From: an uncultured Fibrobacterales bacterium
GTDB taxonomy: Bacteria > Fibrobacterota > Fibrobacteria > Fibrobacterales > CAWVXU01
Direction of reading: 5' to 3'
Length of the DNA stretch: 19,344 nt
NCBI GenBank assembly: GCA_963934255.1
Contig: CAWVXU010000051.1
Location: 1-19,344, forward strand
In this document: piece by piece, positions 6,995 through 15,362 of the stretch
Numbering within the stretch: the first letter of the stretch is position 1
Layout: each line of letters begins with the position of its first letter
Translations under genes and position numbers: made by a program
Notes under the pieces: model-generated
The model's input: the letters and a program-made list of their open reading frames with translations, nothing else
Databases searched by the model: none
Told to the model about the DNA's origin: nothing

Positions 6995-9607
6995 TTAATC
7001 TATTGGACGGCGACTTGCCCACCAAACTACAAATGGCGATGCAATAAAGATCGATGAATAGGTACCAATAACCACACCGATTGTCATTGCTATGGCAAAG
7101 TCACGAATCGCGAGCCCACCAAATACAGCTAGGATCACTACCACAAAGAGAGTCGTGATGGAAGTGATGAAGGTACGAGAGAATGATTCGTTCACAGAAG
7201 TGTTGACGCGGTCACCATAGGAATCCTTACCCATTAGCTCAGTATTCTCTCTAATACGGTCAAAGACGACAATTGTATCATTTAGAGAGTAACCTACGAT
7301 AGTCAAGAATGCTGCAATTGTCGCTGCGTCTACTTGAATACCAAAGAAGGCAAAGATACCCAAAGTAATGATAACGTCATGGCCAAGAGCCACAATTGAA
7401 CCAAAGCCAAAACCAAAACCATTGCGACCAAAACGAATTCGAATATATGCTAGGATAATAATAAGAGCCCAAAAAACTGCCATTAGTGCATCTGATTTTA
7501 AGTCTTTACCTATAGAAGGTCCAACTAAATCTTCAGAAATAATTTTTGACTTAATTCCACTAGCGCTAAGTGCCGCAGCGACAGCTGATCTTGCATCTCC
7601 AGAACCTTCTTGATTAGAAAGTGAAATCATAATATGATCATCACCACCTGTGGCAGAAGATATCGGCTTTACAGATCCAACGTCGATATTGGCTGATTTA
7701 AGCACTTGCTCAACCTCTTGAGGATTAGTCCCACCTTCAACATCAATAGTGATAATGTTGCCACCAGTGAAGTCAATAGAGTAGTTTAAGCCTTTGGTAG
7801 CAAGTAAACCAAGAGAAACAACGAATAGAACAGCAGAGATAGAGCTAAAAACTTTGGCTTTTTTCAAAACCGCAAATTTTGGGTTGTTTAAGAATTTTAG
7901 ACCCGAGCCAATTGATAGTTTACTTGAATCAGTGTCTTTGGCCATTGCATCAAACACAAATCGTGTCAGGTAAAGAGCTGTAAATAGTGATGCAGCAATA
8001 CCAATCATCAATGTCAATCCAAAACCTTTGATTGGTCCTGAACCTATTTGATAAAGAATGAATGCAGTGAGGAAAGTAGTGACGTTAGCGTCAATAATAG
8101 AAGTAAAGGCTTTAGCATATCCGTTATGGATTGCCATGCGAGATGACCTACCAGAGCGAAGCTCTTCACGAATACGTTCGAAGATAATAACGTTAGCATC
8201 AACTGCCATACCAATAGTTAGGATGATACCAGCAATACCTGGTAAAGTAAGAGTAGCGTGGAACATCGACATGATAGCGCCAATAATAACAATGTTGACG
8301 ACAAGAGCAATGACTGAATTAATTCCTGCACCTAAGTAATAGAGTACCATGAAACCAATAACAAGAGCCAATCCAACTGCGCCAGCGAACAGTCCCGAGT
8401 TGACATTTTCAACACCAAGGGATGCGCCCACTTCGCGAAGCTCAACTATTTCAGACTTCACAGGTAGTGCACCAGCTTTAAGAACGACAGCAAGTTGCTT
8501 GGCCTCTTGAAGATCATCTAAGCCATTAATGACTGCGCGTCCACCAGAGATAGCTTGTTTGATGCTTGGAGCAGAAACAACTTGACCATCGAGTATGATT
8601 GCCATGTTGTTACCAACGTTATTTTTAGTGACTGTATAAAAGCGTTTAGGACCGATTCCACCGAAAACAATACTCGTTTCGAAGCCACCTTCTGGTGAGC
8701 GACCTGAAGATGCATCAACTATGTCTTTACCATCCATCTCACGACGAGACTTTACCGGATAGATAAGTTTAACTGAATCTTGATTGTTTTGAAGTTTTTC
8801 ATATCCATAACCCCATGCCAAGATCATATTTGGAGGTATTAAATTTTGAATTGCAGGTTCGTTAATAACTTTGCGAATCACACTAATGTCTTCTTTAAGA
8901 ACCGCAAGATTTGCATTTCCATAATCAACAAAGTGATCTTTAAAAGAACGGCTTGCAAATGGTTGGTATAAACTCGATACTTCAGTTTTGACAACCTCAG
9001 TCGGCGCTACTTCTTTATTTGCGTCGGCAACTTTTCCAGTTACTAATTCAGCTAGAGGGTCCTCTCCAAGAAGCTTATCTGCTTCGGTTTGAGTTGAATC
9101 AACTTGAACTTCAGGTTTAAGCCCTTGAGATTTAGAATCAACAAAAGCCACAATACGGTTAAAGACTTGAGAGAATTGCTGAACCTCTGAAACCATGCGG
9201 AATTCAAGCTTTGCAGTAGACCCAACCATGTCGCGTGCTTCTTCAGCAGGAACTCCAGCCAAATCAACCACAATGCGGTTTTTGCCTGAAGTGGCAATGA
9301 CAGGTTCTGAAACACCAAATTTATCGACACGATTACGGATGATCTCTAGGGTGCGCTCTTGAGCGTCTAGTAGTTGCTTTTCATCAAGCCCTTCACCATC
9401 TAACTCTAGTACGATGTGCGTACCACCTGCAAGGTCAAGTCCAAAATTAATTGCATTAGCAACTTCTTTTGGGTTGTCCTCACGGAACTTTTTTTTGGCA
9501 TCACCTTCAAGTGAATGATAGCCTATTGAGTCTGATAATGAATAGGCACTGAGTCCAATCACCAGTAATATAACGAAAAGGCGGAAGCCTAAATTCTTGT
9601 CTTTCAT
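6995..9607 (-). CDS. secDF: Fused protein translocase subunit SecDF
   Basis: SecD motifs FGLDLAGG, RNRVDKFGVSEP, LTLPGIAGIILTIGMAVDANVIIFERIREE; SecF motifs SIDFTGG, HDVIIT, GYSLNDTIVVFDRIREN; SD AGGGG upstream. Confidence 0.97.
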   Translation of the reverse strand: MKDKNLGFRLFVILLVIGLSAYSLSDSIGYHSLEGDAKKKFREDNPKEVANAINFGLDLAGGTHIVLELDGEGLDEKQLLDAQERTLEIIRNRVDKFGVSEPVIATSGKNRIVVDLAGVPAEEARDMVGSTAKLEFRMVSEVQQFSQVFNRIVAFVDSKSQGLKPEVQVDSTQTEADKLLGEDPLAELVTGKVADANKEVAPTEVVKTEVSSLYQPFASRSFKDHFVDYGNANLAVLKEDISVIRKVINEPAIQNLIPPNMILAWGYGYEKLQNNQDSVKLIYPVKSRREMDGKDIVDASSGRSPEGGFETSIVFGGIGPKRFYTVTKNNVGNNMAIILDGQVVSAPSIKQAISGGRAVINGLDDLQEAKQLAVVLKAGALPVKSEIVELREVGASLGVENVNSGLFAGAVGLALVIGFMVLYYLGAGINSVIALVVNIVIIGAIMSMFHATLTLPGIAGIILTIGMAVDANVIIFERIREELRSGRSSRMAIHNGYAKAFTSIIDANVTTFLTAFILYQIGSGPIKGFGLTLMIGIAASLFTALYLTRFVFDAMAKDTDSSKLSIGSGLKFLNNPKFAVLKKAKVFSSISAVLFVVSLGLLATKGLNYSIDFTGGNIITIDVEGGTNPQEVEQVLKSANIDVGSVKPISSATGGDDHIMISLSNQEGSGDARSAVAAALSASGIKSKIISEDLVGPSIGKDLKSDALMAVFWALIIILAYIRIRFGRNGFGFGFGSIVALGHDVIITLGIFAFFGIQVDAATIAAFLTIVGYSLNDTIVVFDRIRENTELMGKDSYGDRVNTSVNESFSRTFITSITTLFVVVILAVFGGLAIRDFAIAMTIGVVIGTYSSIFIASPFVVWWASRRPID

Positions 9608-9659
9608 ATGTCCCCTACGGGTTAATAAAGTCTTTACTTACTAAAGTGGCGCTTAATAT

Positions 9660-9701
9660 AAAAAAAAACCACCGAAGAAATGAATATTCTTCAGTGGTTT
9701 T
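9660..9701 (-). terminator. Intrinsic terminator after tRNA-His
   Basis: Minus strand AAAACCACTGAAGAA-loop-TTCTTCGGTGGTTTTTTTTT. Confidence 0.85.
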
Positions 9702-9705
9702 GAAG

Positions 9706-9779
9706 GGTGAAAGAAGGGGATTGAACCCTCGACCACCGGAATCACAATCCGGGGCTCTACCAACTGAGCTACTTTCACC
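9706..9779 (-). tRNA. tRNA-His(GTG) with encoded G-1 and C73, CCA not encoded
   Basis: Reverse complement reads G-GTGAAAG TA GCTC AGTTGGTA GAGC C CCGGA TTGTGAT TCCGG TGGTC GAGGG TTCAATC CCCTT CTTTCAC C. Confidence 0.97.
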
Positions 9780-9816
9780 ATATGTTTCGCTAAAATTAAT
9801 TAAAAACTTGGCTCAT

Positions 9817-10242
9817 TCAAGTATTATTTTGGGCTTTTTTTACTTCTTTTGCGAGTCTCATCTCTTCTTCACGAGCTTTAAGCTTCTGAAGCCTGATAAA
9901 ATTTGTTCTTTTGAAATCATTACGATGAGCTAGACAAAACCTTGGGTAAACATATTGTTTAGGAAAGATTTTGATTTCAAATTTAACGCCACAGCCAGTT
10001 AAGCAACACTGAAATTCAGATTCAATGACTTCAGTGAAATTATGGCGAAAGACCATATTACGAGTCTCAATGTTGTCAAAATCTTTCTTTTGCTTTTGAC
10101 GGTTCTTAATATCCCGGTGAAGTTCACAATACTTTGCGATAGGGTGTCCCCAGAATTCACGTCCACAACCAGGTTCTTGGCAAACCTTAAGTTTGATGCG
10201 TTTTTTCTTTTTATACTTGGGGAGTTGCAATGGAAACCTCAT
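9817..10242 (-). CDS. Basic hypothetical protein with two C-x4-C-xn-C-x2-H putative zinc fingers
   Basis: CQEPGC-x12-CELHR and CCLTGC-x18-CLAHR; KYKKKKRIK N-terminus; own promoter upstream. Confidence 0.8.
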   Translation of the reverse strand: MRFPLQLPKYKKKKRIKLKVCQEPGCGREFWGHPIAKYCELHRDIKNRQKQKKDFDNIETRNMVFRHNFTEVIESEFQCCLTGCGVKFEIKIFPKQYVYPRFCLAHRNDFKRTNFIRLQKLKAREEEMRLAKEVKKAQNNT

Positions 10243-10265
10243 GAAATCGGGTTATAATTGGACTA

Positions 10266-10294
10266 ATTTTAGTCAAACTCTACTATTTCGTCAA
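10266..10294 (-). promoter_or_regulatory. Near-consensus sigma70 promoter for the zinc-finger gene (and probably tRNA-His)
   Basis: Minus strand TTGACG (10294-10289), 17 bp spacer, TAAAAT (10271-10266); overlapped by palindrome GACTAA-TT-TTAGTC (10261-10274). Confidence 0.7.
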
Positions 10295-10318
10295 GCAAAT
10301 TCCACCATACATGTGTGT

Positions 10319-10642
10319 CTAAAGCTTTTTGGTGAGAGCTTCTTTACTAAATGCATAGTGAGAGGCATTCCATACGACTTCAGAACTTTCAAACAAGAGG
10401 GCTTGAGGGCTTTCATGACGAATACCCGTGATATCAGCAATCTCACGACTCAAAGCGCGCTGCTTCACAACATCTACTGTATATACCGGCAGCGTTTTAT
10501 TGCTTTTCATAAAAATTTCCATGTCGCGCTGCACCATAAAGCTCGTTGGACAAATAGGTGAAAACTTACACAGTAGGATTTTTTTATCTTTAGACTCAAC
10601 GAGCATTTGTTCAAAATCAGCTTTAGATTCAATAGTTTTCAA
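10319..10642 (-). CDS. ytxJ: YtxJ/BrxC (DUF2847) family thioredoxin-fold redox protein
   Basis: KFSPICPTS (cf. KHSxxCPIS), GIRHESPQAL and VWNASH motifs; 107 aa; SD GGAAGG upstream. Confidence 0.85.
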   Translation of the reverse strand: MKTIESKADFEQMLVESKDKKILLCKFSPICPTSFMVQRDMEIFMKSNKTLPVYTVDVVKQRALSREIADITGIRHESPQALLFESSEVVWNASHYAFSKEALTKKL

Positions 10643-10702
10643 AATGGGCCTTCCTTTTTTATTTAACTTATAGATATTATTGATCTTTTGTCAGAGTAAT
10701 TT

Positions 10703-12061
10703 ATGAAATTAATATTTTTTTTCAGCAGTTTTGTCCTAATAAATTTAATGGGTTGTGAATCTCTTTTTGACAATGATAGTCAGCATAAGGGTTCTAGCTT
10801 TGCACATGGTGGCAATATCACACAGGCACTTATTGATTCAGTAGGCTCTAAGGACTACATTCCTAATACCAACTTAGATCCTTCAGAGGTGACAAGTGTT
10901 CACTCAACCTTTAGGTCCTTTTATATAAACCATAAGGACGAGATTCAGAACCGTACTGAATATGAGGCCATCTTAGAGATCTTTGAAGATGTCCAAGACA
11001 ACTATTCTCAATACTTTGATCCCATCCAAGCTCAAATCCTGATGACAGACTTTGAAACCCCAGATGTTCGGGGTCTTATTGGAATTGAAATACTAGACGG
11101 CGACACACTTAAAATCAAACGCATTTATCCTAATTCTCCTGCTGCTGAAGCTGGCCTAGAGGTTGGAGATTTTATTATTAAAGCCAATGGAATTGTTGTG
11201 CATAACACAGAAGATAATTTACTGACATACTTTGAAAACACTGAGGGCGGTTCAGGAACCAATGTCGTTCTGCGAGTAATAAGAGAAAAAGCCTTCTTTA
11301 CCTTTTCTATGACCAAAGAAAATGTCGCTCTGCCTACTGTATTTGTTGACTCTCTCACTCAGGGAGTTAGCATTATTCAGGTGACTATTTTTGAGGATCA
11401 AACTTTAGAAATAGCCGAGTCCGACACATCAGGGACTTGGTTAGAATTTAGAAATGCACTCACGACAACTCAAGACGAACAAGTAACAGTTATCGACCTT
11501 CGCTCTAACCCGGGTGGGTTTGTTAATATATGCACTAACATGGCTGACGAACTTGTCGGTGAAGAATTGTTTTACATCGGGCACGAAATCAATGATGGAG
11601 TATTTAGCGATGACACCATCATTGGAACAACAGGCGGTCTAGCAGAAAACCGCAAATTCATATTACTAGCCAATGGAGGGTCAGCCAGTTGTTCTGAGTT
11701 ATTTATTGAAGCTGTGACAAAAAACAGTGATACACCACTCATAGGTGTTCAAACGTATGGTAAGGGAATCGCTCAAGGCTTTTTCCGCACAATCCGTGAC
11801 GGTATTTTAAAAACGACAACTTTACAATATTACGATGGCGCTGGAGTCAGCTATCATGGTTTAGGTCATAGGCCTGATTATATCATTGAAGACCCTGATG
11901 CACAACTTGCCAAAGCAGTTGAACTCGCAAATCAAATCACTGGATTTACGCCACCTTTATCTAAAATACTCAGATCTAAACCATACGCACTGCAACTTCT
12001 GCTTGAGTCTCGTTTGTCAGAAAAAGTACCACACCTCATTTCGGAGTACCCTAAAAAATGA
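10703..12061 (+). CDS. S41 family C-terminal processing peptidase with PDZ domain, predicted lipoprotein
   Basis: Lipobox LMGC; PDZ GIEI...SPAAEAGLEVGDFI; DLRSNPGG, SASCSE (catalytic Ser), TYGKG (catalytic Lys). Confidence 0.9.
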   Translation: MKLIFFFSSFVLINLMGCESLFDNDSQHKGSSFAHGGNITQALIDSVGSKDYIPNTNLDPSEVTSVHSTFRSFYINHKDEIQNRTEYEAILEIFEDVQDNYSQYFDPIQAQILMTDFETPDVRGLIGIEILDGDTLKIKRIYPNSPAAEAGLEVGDFIIKANGIVVHNTEDNLLTYFENTEGGSGTNVVLRVIREKAFFTFSMTKENVALPTVFVDSLTQGVSIIQVTIFEDQTLEIAESDTSGTWLEFRNALTTTQDEQVTVIDLRSNPGGFVNICTNMADELVGEELFYIGHEINDGVFSDDTIIGTTGGLAENRKFILLANGGSASCSELFIEAVTKNSDTPLIGVQTYGKGIAQGFFRTIRDGILKTTTLQYYDGAGVSYHGLGHRPDYIIEDPDAQLAKAVELANQITGFTPPLSKILRSKPYALQLLLESRLSEKVPHLISEYPKK

Positions 12062-12759
12062 GCCAGAACTGCACAAATTGTGGCGCACCCATAGGCGCAG
12101 ACGACCGAGAATGTGGTTTTTGTAAAACTAAAGTGGACGTCGACATCAAAGGTGTTCATCGTTATACCAAACTAAAGCCCGAAGCCCTTCGGACCTGTGC
12201 CAAATGCAAGACTGCTATGGATCCAATCAACTTACATCTTAAGGGTGATTTTATAATTGAGCAGTGCAGTAAATGTATGAGTTTATTTTTTGACCCCGGT
12301 GAGCTCAATTTCTTACTCGACAACACCGTTCAATCGCCCGAGATTGTCAATCATTTACAACTCAATAAACTTTTAGAAACCAATAATACTTTTGATCATG
12401 ATGTTACCTATAGACCTTGCCCTGTTTGTCAGAAAATAATGAATCGACAAAATTTTGGACATAGAAGTGGGGTCGTTATAGACTACTGTAAAGAAGATGG
12501 GGTCTTCTTAGATAGTGGAGAACTCAATCGATTATTTCTATGGAAAAAAGCCGGAGGAGAAGAGCATCACGAAAAGATGAAAAAATGGTCCAAAGAAGGC
12601 GATGAAAAACGTGAAAATCGCAAAGCTAAAGAAGCTTTTGCCACTGATGCACAACTTTCTTCCAATTCACTATACATGAGTTCATCTCGCTCTGACAGCA
12701 ACACCTTTAACCTAGATCTTGATGGGTTAGTTAAATTTATAGGTAGACTTTTTAGGTGA
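12058..12759 (+). CDS. Multi-zinc-ribbon protein (zf-TFIIB-like repeats)
   Basis: CTNC..CGFC; CAKC..CSKC followed by FFDPGEL; CPVC..CKED followed by FLDSGEL; ATGA overlap with the upstream gene. Confidence 0.82.
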   Translation: MSQNCTNCGAPIGADDRECGFCKTKVDVDIKGVHRYTKLKPEALRTCAKCKTAMDPINLHLKGDFIIEQCSKCMSLFFDPGELNFLLDNTVQSPEIVNHLQLNKLLETNNTFDHDVTYRPCPVCQKIMNRQNFGHRSGVVIDYCKEDGVFLDSGELNRLFLWKKAGGEEHHEKMKKWSKEGDEKRENRKAKEAFATDAQLSSNSLYMSSSRSDSNTFNLDLDGLVKFIGRLFR

Positions 12760-13748
12760 TTATTGGAATTATTGGAGCAGGTCATTGGGGGCGTCAGTAT
12801 ATAAGGAACTTTTGTGAAATACCTAGTGTTTCAAAAGTGTGTATATTTGATTATTCTGAGATTCAACTCAATAAAATGATCACAAAATACTCCCATTATT
12901 CTCGGGCATATTTCTACAAAGAAAAGTCTGACTTTTTTAATCAGAACCTAGATGCAGTCGTCGTTGCGACCAATGTCACTAGTCATTTTCATATTGCCAA
13001 ATTTGTTCTCAACCTAGGGATTCATTGTTTGGTCGAAAAACCGATGTGCATGATATCCAAACAAGTAGAGGAACTACAAGCGCTTTCCATTAAAAACAAG
13101 CTAACTCTCATGACGGGTCACACTCTTCTCTACTCTCCAGAAGTCCAACATATGCAGCACTTAATACAGTCAGGTGAAGCAGGGCGTCCACTTTCAGCTC
13201 AGTGCAATCGTTTAAACCCAGGAAGATACCAAGAAGATTGCAATGTTCTTTGGGATTTAGCTCCTCATGATATATCCGTTTTATTGTATTTATTTAATTC
13301 ACGGGTCTGTAGGGTTTATTGCCAAGCAAGCTCTCAAGATCAAGATCAAAACGAGGATGTCGGGAGTATTCAATTAGAATTTCAAAGCGGTGCAATTGCT
13401 AGCTTAAATTTTTCATGGATCAATGCTCATAAGACGAGAACGATCAACATCGGATGTGAAAATAAAGAGTTTCTTTTTGATGATAATATTCAAACAGATA
13501 GCTTGAAGGTCTTTCAGCGACAAAATGGTCATAGCGTGCCCAAGCTAAACAATCAAGAAAGCCTTAAAACACTTTGTCTTGACTTTATGGAATCAATCAC
13601 TCACAATATTAGCCCCATAGCAGATGTTCATCAAGCCTTAGATGTGGTTCATATTTTAGAAGCAGCACATCAATCCCTCAGGCAAGCCGGGGCCGGAGTA
13701 ATTATAAATTCATCTTCGGATTTGAATAAAAAAACCGCTTTTCATTAG
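12756..13748 (+). CDS. Gfo/Idh/MocA family NAD(P)-dependent oxidoreductase
   Basis: GIIGAGHWG Rossmann motif, LVEKP, WDLAPHD; GTGA overlap with the upstream gene. Confidence 0.92.
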   Translation: MIIGIIGAGHWGRQYIRNFCEIPSVSKVCIFDYSEIQLNKMITKYSHYSRAYFYKEKSDFFNQNLDAVVVATNVTSHFHIAKFVLNLGIHCLVEKPMCMISKQVEELQALSIKNKLTLMTGHTLLYSPEVQHMQHLIQSGEAGRPLSAQCNRLNPGRYQEDCNVLWDLAPHDISVLLYLFNSRVCRVYCQASSQDQDQNEDVGSIQLEFQSGAIASLNFSWINAHKTRTINIGCENKEFLFDDNIQTDSLKVFQRQNGHSVPKLNNQESLKTLCLDFMESITHNISPIADVHQALDVVHILEAAHQSLRQAGAGVIINSSSDLNKKTAFH

Positions 13749-13761
13749 GAAAACGGTTTTT
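13728..13761. terminator. Bidirectional terminator between convergent genes
   Basis: AAAAACCG(C)TTTTC-ATTAG-GAAAACGGTTTTT with A/T tracts on both sides. Confidence 0.65.
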
Positions 13762-13813
13762 AAGCTTTTTGAACCTTATTTGTTTTAAGAACAAGGAGTC
13801 AATCTCAACTAAA

Positions 13814-14179
13814 TTAGCTCGCTGTAGCTTTGATTTTTTCAGCTAGAATGTCTGCATCAAAAGGCTTTATCAGATAATTTGCAGCACTAGATTGAATAGC
13901 TTCTACAATTCTAGAATTCTCTGACTCAGAGGTCACCATGATTCAAGGAGGAGCTTTTATTGCCGCATCTGCTTTAATCACTTTGATTGCTTCAATACCT
14001 GCCATATTAGGCATCTTCCAACCCATCAGAACAAGTTGAACATCCGGGTTACTTTTTAATTGGTCTAGAGGTTCTAGCCCATCATCAGCCTGAATCACAT
14101 CTTCGTATCCAATTGACTTAAATGTATTTGACTGAATTCGGCGCATTGTATTTGAATCATCAATAAGTAATATTTTCAA
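13814..14179 (-). pseudogene. cheY: CheY-like single-domain response regulator interrupted by an in-frame TGA
   Basis: Frame continues past TGA (13943-13945) as IMVTSESENSRIVEAIQSSAANYLIKPFDADILAEKIKATAS to TAA at 13814 (122 codons); phospho-Asp replaced (LMGWKMP); SD GAGGAG upstream of TTG. Confidence 0.85.
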
Positions 14180-14222
14180 GGCAGAACTCCTCGTTTTTGG
14201 CGAATATCACCCATAGTTTTAA

Positions 14223-14252
14223 AAGCTATACCACAAAGAAATCAAAAGTCAA
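14223..14252 (-). promoter_or_regulatory. Possible sigma70 promoter of the cheY-like gene
   Basis: Minus strand TTGACT, then TATAGC at 16 bp or TAGCTT at 18 bp. Confidence 0.35.
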
Positions 14253-14344
14253 GGCATGCAGGCTTTGAATGAACGCCGGACTTAATAAATAATAATATTT
14301 CAACCACACATTTACATTAGCAATCAAAAGGGTGCTATTTTAAG

Positions 14345-15106
14345 ATGATGAAAAAAAAATGCACCCTACAAAACATATTCACCAAATTTGCACCTGAAAG
14401 CAGTTACTTACCTCAAAAGATTGAAGTTGAAATCACCCGTGTCCATCTAGGTTTCAAAAACAATATCCATTTGTCAGAGCTTCATTTCAATGCAACTAAT
14501 TTCTCGGATTTTGAGCCGGATATTATAGATGTTTTTTATCAGATGCATATTGAACTTTTGTGGTTTGAAATTTTACATCCGCTGAGAAATGATTTTACCC
14601 AAAACAGGTGGCAGGACCACCTTCGTATGATTATGGATTCGTTAGTTTCATATTCAAAAAATGATTCTGAGCTTGATTATCACCTAATTATTCACGAAAT
14701 GGCATTTTGGGGATACTTTGAAGTTGGTAACTGGGGTGAAGCATCCCTTAATGGACTCTTTTTGGATAATCAAATCAATTCTGGTGAAAAATTAATGGTT
14801 TTGAGCGATCACCTTTTTCGAGATTCATATTTTGCGGCTACTTGGAGAAGTTTCTTAAATGGTACGCAACCTGCAAATAAGAATTTAGGTAACATCCAAC
14901 CCTGGCATGAAGTTAGAAAATGGCAACATTGGCCAATAGAGTGGCTAATAAGCTTAGGGGAAGAAACATCTCAATCAGTCATTTTAAATCAAAAACGCTT
15001 AGAAATTGACAAATTAAAAGCGCTCTCATCACACCTGGGAGAGCTTCCTTCATTTTTAAAGGATGAATGGAATCAACTTCTATTGCATTCTTCAGCTAAA
15101 AAATGA
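14345..15106 (+). CDS. Hypothetical protein (Trp-rich, no recognised motif)
   Basis: 253-aa open frame in AT-rich DNA with no competing ORF. Confidence 0.65.
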   Translation: MMKKKCTLQNIFTKFAPESSYLPQKIEVEITRVHLGFKNNIHLSELHFNATNFSDFEPDIIDVFYQMHIELLWFEILHPLRNDFTQNRWQDHLRMIMDSLVSYSKNDSELDYHLIIHEMAFWGYFEVGNWGEASLNGLFLDNQINSGEKLMVLSDHLFRDSYFAATWRSFLNGTQPANKNLGNIQPWHEVRKWQHWPIEWLISLGEETSQSVILNQKRLEIDKLKALSSHLGELPSFLKDEWNQLLLHSSAKK

Positions 15107-15133
15107 ATATATTCTATTGAAAAGGAGATTTAA

Positions 15134-15286
15134 ATGAGCAGAAAAGATCGTCGTCGTAAGACCAAACAAGCTAAAACAGCCCCATCGGTTCTAAGTGCCA
15201 AAAAAAATGGTCTAACTAAGGCTGCAATCATCACTCTTGCCTCAATTAGCATAATATTTTTTCTATTCTTAGTGAGTGTTCGGTAA
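15134..15286 (+). CDS. Small 50-aa protein with basic N-terminus and C-terminal TM helix
   Basis: SD AAAGGAG 6 nt before ATG; MSRKDRRRKTKQAKTAPSVLSAKKNGLTKAAIITLASISIIFFLFLVSVR; below the ORF-track cutoff. Confidence 0.7.
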   Translation: MSRKDRRRKTKQAKTAPSVLSAKKNGLTKAAIITLASISIIFFLFLVSVR

Positions 15287-15362
15287 TTTGATCACTTAGC
15301 GAGATTTTTTAAAGCAATATTTTAAATTTCTTCCACATAAAAAGTTTTAAACAAGGTCTAAA

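Noticed and set aside
6995..9607. SecD-SecF fusion as a novelty
   Set aside because: Fused SecDF is common in many bacterial phyla.
6726..9779. Genomic island integrated at tRNA-Ser or tRNA-His
   Set aside because: No integrase and no duplicated tRNA 3' end seen; the enclosed gene is housekeeping secDF.
9646..9933. 95-aa plus-strand ORF
   Set aside because: Antisense to tRNA-His and its terminator; GERRGLNPRPPESQSGALPTELL is the typical tRNA shadow translation.
10643..10702. Gene-orientation switch as a replication origin
   Set aside because: Only 60 bp, no DnaA boxes seen and no evident GC-skew change; an ordinary divergent promoter region.
13943..13945. In-frame TGA as selenocysteine or genetic-code reassignment
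   Set aside because: The position corresponds to a hydrophobic beta-strand residue, not Cys, Trp or Gly. Several intact genes here end in TGA (985, 9817, 12061, 12759, 15106), and the gene has other degenerative changes.
15287..15362. oriC upstream of dnaN
   Set aside because: Short AT-rich spacer with a single two-mismatch DnaA-box-like 9-mer (TCTTCCACA); insufficient.
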